Position numbers and translations under genes: made by a program. A stretch of DNA of 24,216 nucleotides from a virus (taxonomy: Duplodnaviria > Caudoviricetes). The stretch covers positions 1 through 24,216 of the IMG/VR virus record IMGVR_UViG_3300031152_000006, one strand, 5' to 3'. Positions within the stretch are counted from its first letter, which is position 1; each line of letters opens with the position of its first letter. Below, one piece after another: positions 23,459 to 24,216 of the stretch. The notes beneath the pieces were generated by a model. The model saw nothing but the letters and a program-made list of their open reading frames with translations, had not been told where the DNA came from and made no database searches.

Positions 23459-24216
23459 AAATCTCCCAGCTGGCGTGACAGTCATTCCCAACGTATCGTT
23501 GGAAGAGTTTGAAGCCAAGGTCTACTCGCGCGACTACGAAAAAGCTACCATCCTTCTTCTGCAGAACCTCCAGCGTTTGAAAGCGGGCGCGTTCTTCGTG
23601 GGGTACCAGCCCAACCACCCCAAGCTGGCGCTCATGCTCTATTCGAGGTTCTGCGCAGCCATCGTTGCGTTGATGCTGGACAAGACCAGCCCTGCACGCT
23701 TGTCCCAGCAAGGCTTTGAGTGCTTGGCGGCTGAGCATGCAATCATGGACGCGTTGTTCAGGGCCAGCGTGTTCGAGACCAGCGATCACATGCTGCCTCA
23801 GATTGCCGAAAACCCCACCGAGACTGACAGAAGCAAGCTGAAGCTTACGGACCGCCACCTTATGGCGAAGTTCTTTACTGTCTATTCGCTACGGTCCAGC
23901 TTCAAGATGAAGTTCGAAGAGGCGTTCAAGCGCAATCCGCAGAACTTCGTCGCGTTCTGGGCCGGGGCCCTGTCGCACCTTCTCACTATCAACAAGGACG
24001 CTCACGACCGCAAAGAAGAGTTGCTGGGCATGCACGGTATATTCGCCGACGTCAAGCTCAGCGACGCGACACTACCTGTACTGTCTGACGCCTACATGTA
24101 CGCCAGCTACGGAACCCGCCGCGACAAGCACGCCATGAAAGCTACCGTGCACAAGATGATGGCCCGGATGTTTCAGGATCACAAGACCCCTCTGCCCAGC
24201 AGAGAGACCCTCGCCC
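23448..24216 (+). CDS. HMW1C/ApNGT-like (GT41) N-glycosyltransferase, N-terminal part (3'-truncated; not in ORF track)
   Basis: Open from ATG 23448 to the window end (256 codons). The translation matches the recalled HMW1C N-terminal helical region: SLEEFE...RDYEKA..LLL..L..L, YSRFCAAI..L, LS.QGF..L...H..MD.LF.AS.F...DH, K....YS.RS, A.DRKEELL, LSDAYMYASY....DKHAMK. The catalytic GT-B domain would lie beyond the window. Confidence 0.8.
   Translation, partial: MANENLPAGVTVIPNVSLEEFEAKVYSRDYEKATILLLQNLQRLKAGAFFVGYQPNHPKLALMLYSRFCAAIVALMLDKTSPARLSQQGFECLAAEHAIMDALFRASVFETSDHMLPQIAENPTETDRSKLKLTDRHLMAKFFTVYSLRSSFKMKFEEAFKRNPQNFVAFWAGALSHLLTINKDAHDRKEELLGMHGIFADVKLSDATLPVLSDAYMYASYGTRRDKHAMKATVHKMMARMFQDHKTPLPSRETLA

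Larger units (their letters stand above)
1..24216 (+). mobile_element. Tailed dsDNA bacteriophage genome segment (replication and DNA-modification region, M6/YuA/PaMx11-like gene content)
   Basis: Unidirectional, overlapping genes; phage-type polA/SNF2/VRR-NUC/ligase/DUF3310; hypermodification genes; no host housekeeping genes. No integrase or structural genes appear in the window. Confidence 0.9.

Noticed and set aside
19594-24216. Host chromosomal LPS/O-antigen cluster beyond a prophage boundary
   Set aside because: The genes overlap phage DUF3310 by ATGA, with no att-like junction, integrase, or wzx/wzy/rmlACD genes visible. A chimeric assembly cannot be fully excluded without reads.
1-24216. 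tRNA, rRNA, intron/intein, IS or diversity-generating retroelement
   Set aside because: No cloverleaf, reverse transcriptase, transposase or interrupted conserved gene was recognised; polA, helicase and TS are of normal length.

Overview
A gene-dense, GC-rich (roughly 60% by eye) fragment of a tailed dsDNA phage; every credible gene is on the + strand. 1-3350 holds small hypothetical genes, beginning with the 3' end of a GYD/GYN pentapeptide-repeat protein. 3358-12960 is a replication/repair module: ATP-dependent ligase, DenV-like glycosylase, putative SSB/annealing protein, family A DNA polymerase, Cas4-like nuclease, DEDDh exonuclease, GNAT, VRR-NUC and SNF2 helicase. From about 13.0 kb to the window end runs one tightly coupled gene string. 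It encodes (i) a thymidine-hypermodification set like that of Pseudomonas phages M6/PaMx11: amino acid:DNA transferase, flavin oxidoreductase, P-loop kinase, helical 5-hmdU DNA kinase-family protein, dUMP hydroxymethylase, HD nucleotidase and DUF3310. It continues without a break into (ii) an NDP-amino-deoxysugar pathway: PglD/NeuD-type acetyltransferase, Rieske oxygenase, Cys-rich protein, DegT/VioA aminotransferase and RmlB dehydratase. It ends in an HMW1C/GT41-like N-glycosyltransferase that the ORF track misses because the window truncates it. This coupling is the best candidate for an undescribed system, either glycosylation of a modified DNA base or N-glycosylation of phage proteins with an unusual sugar. 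All family calls come from motifs recognised by eye; no database search was run.
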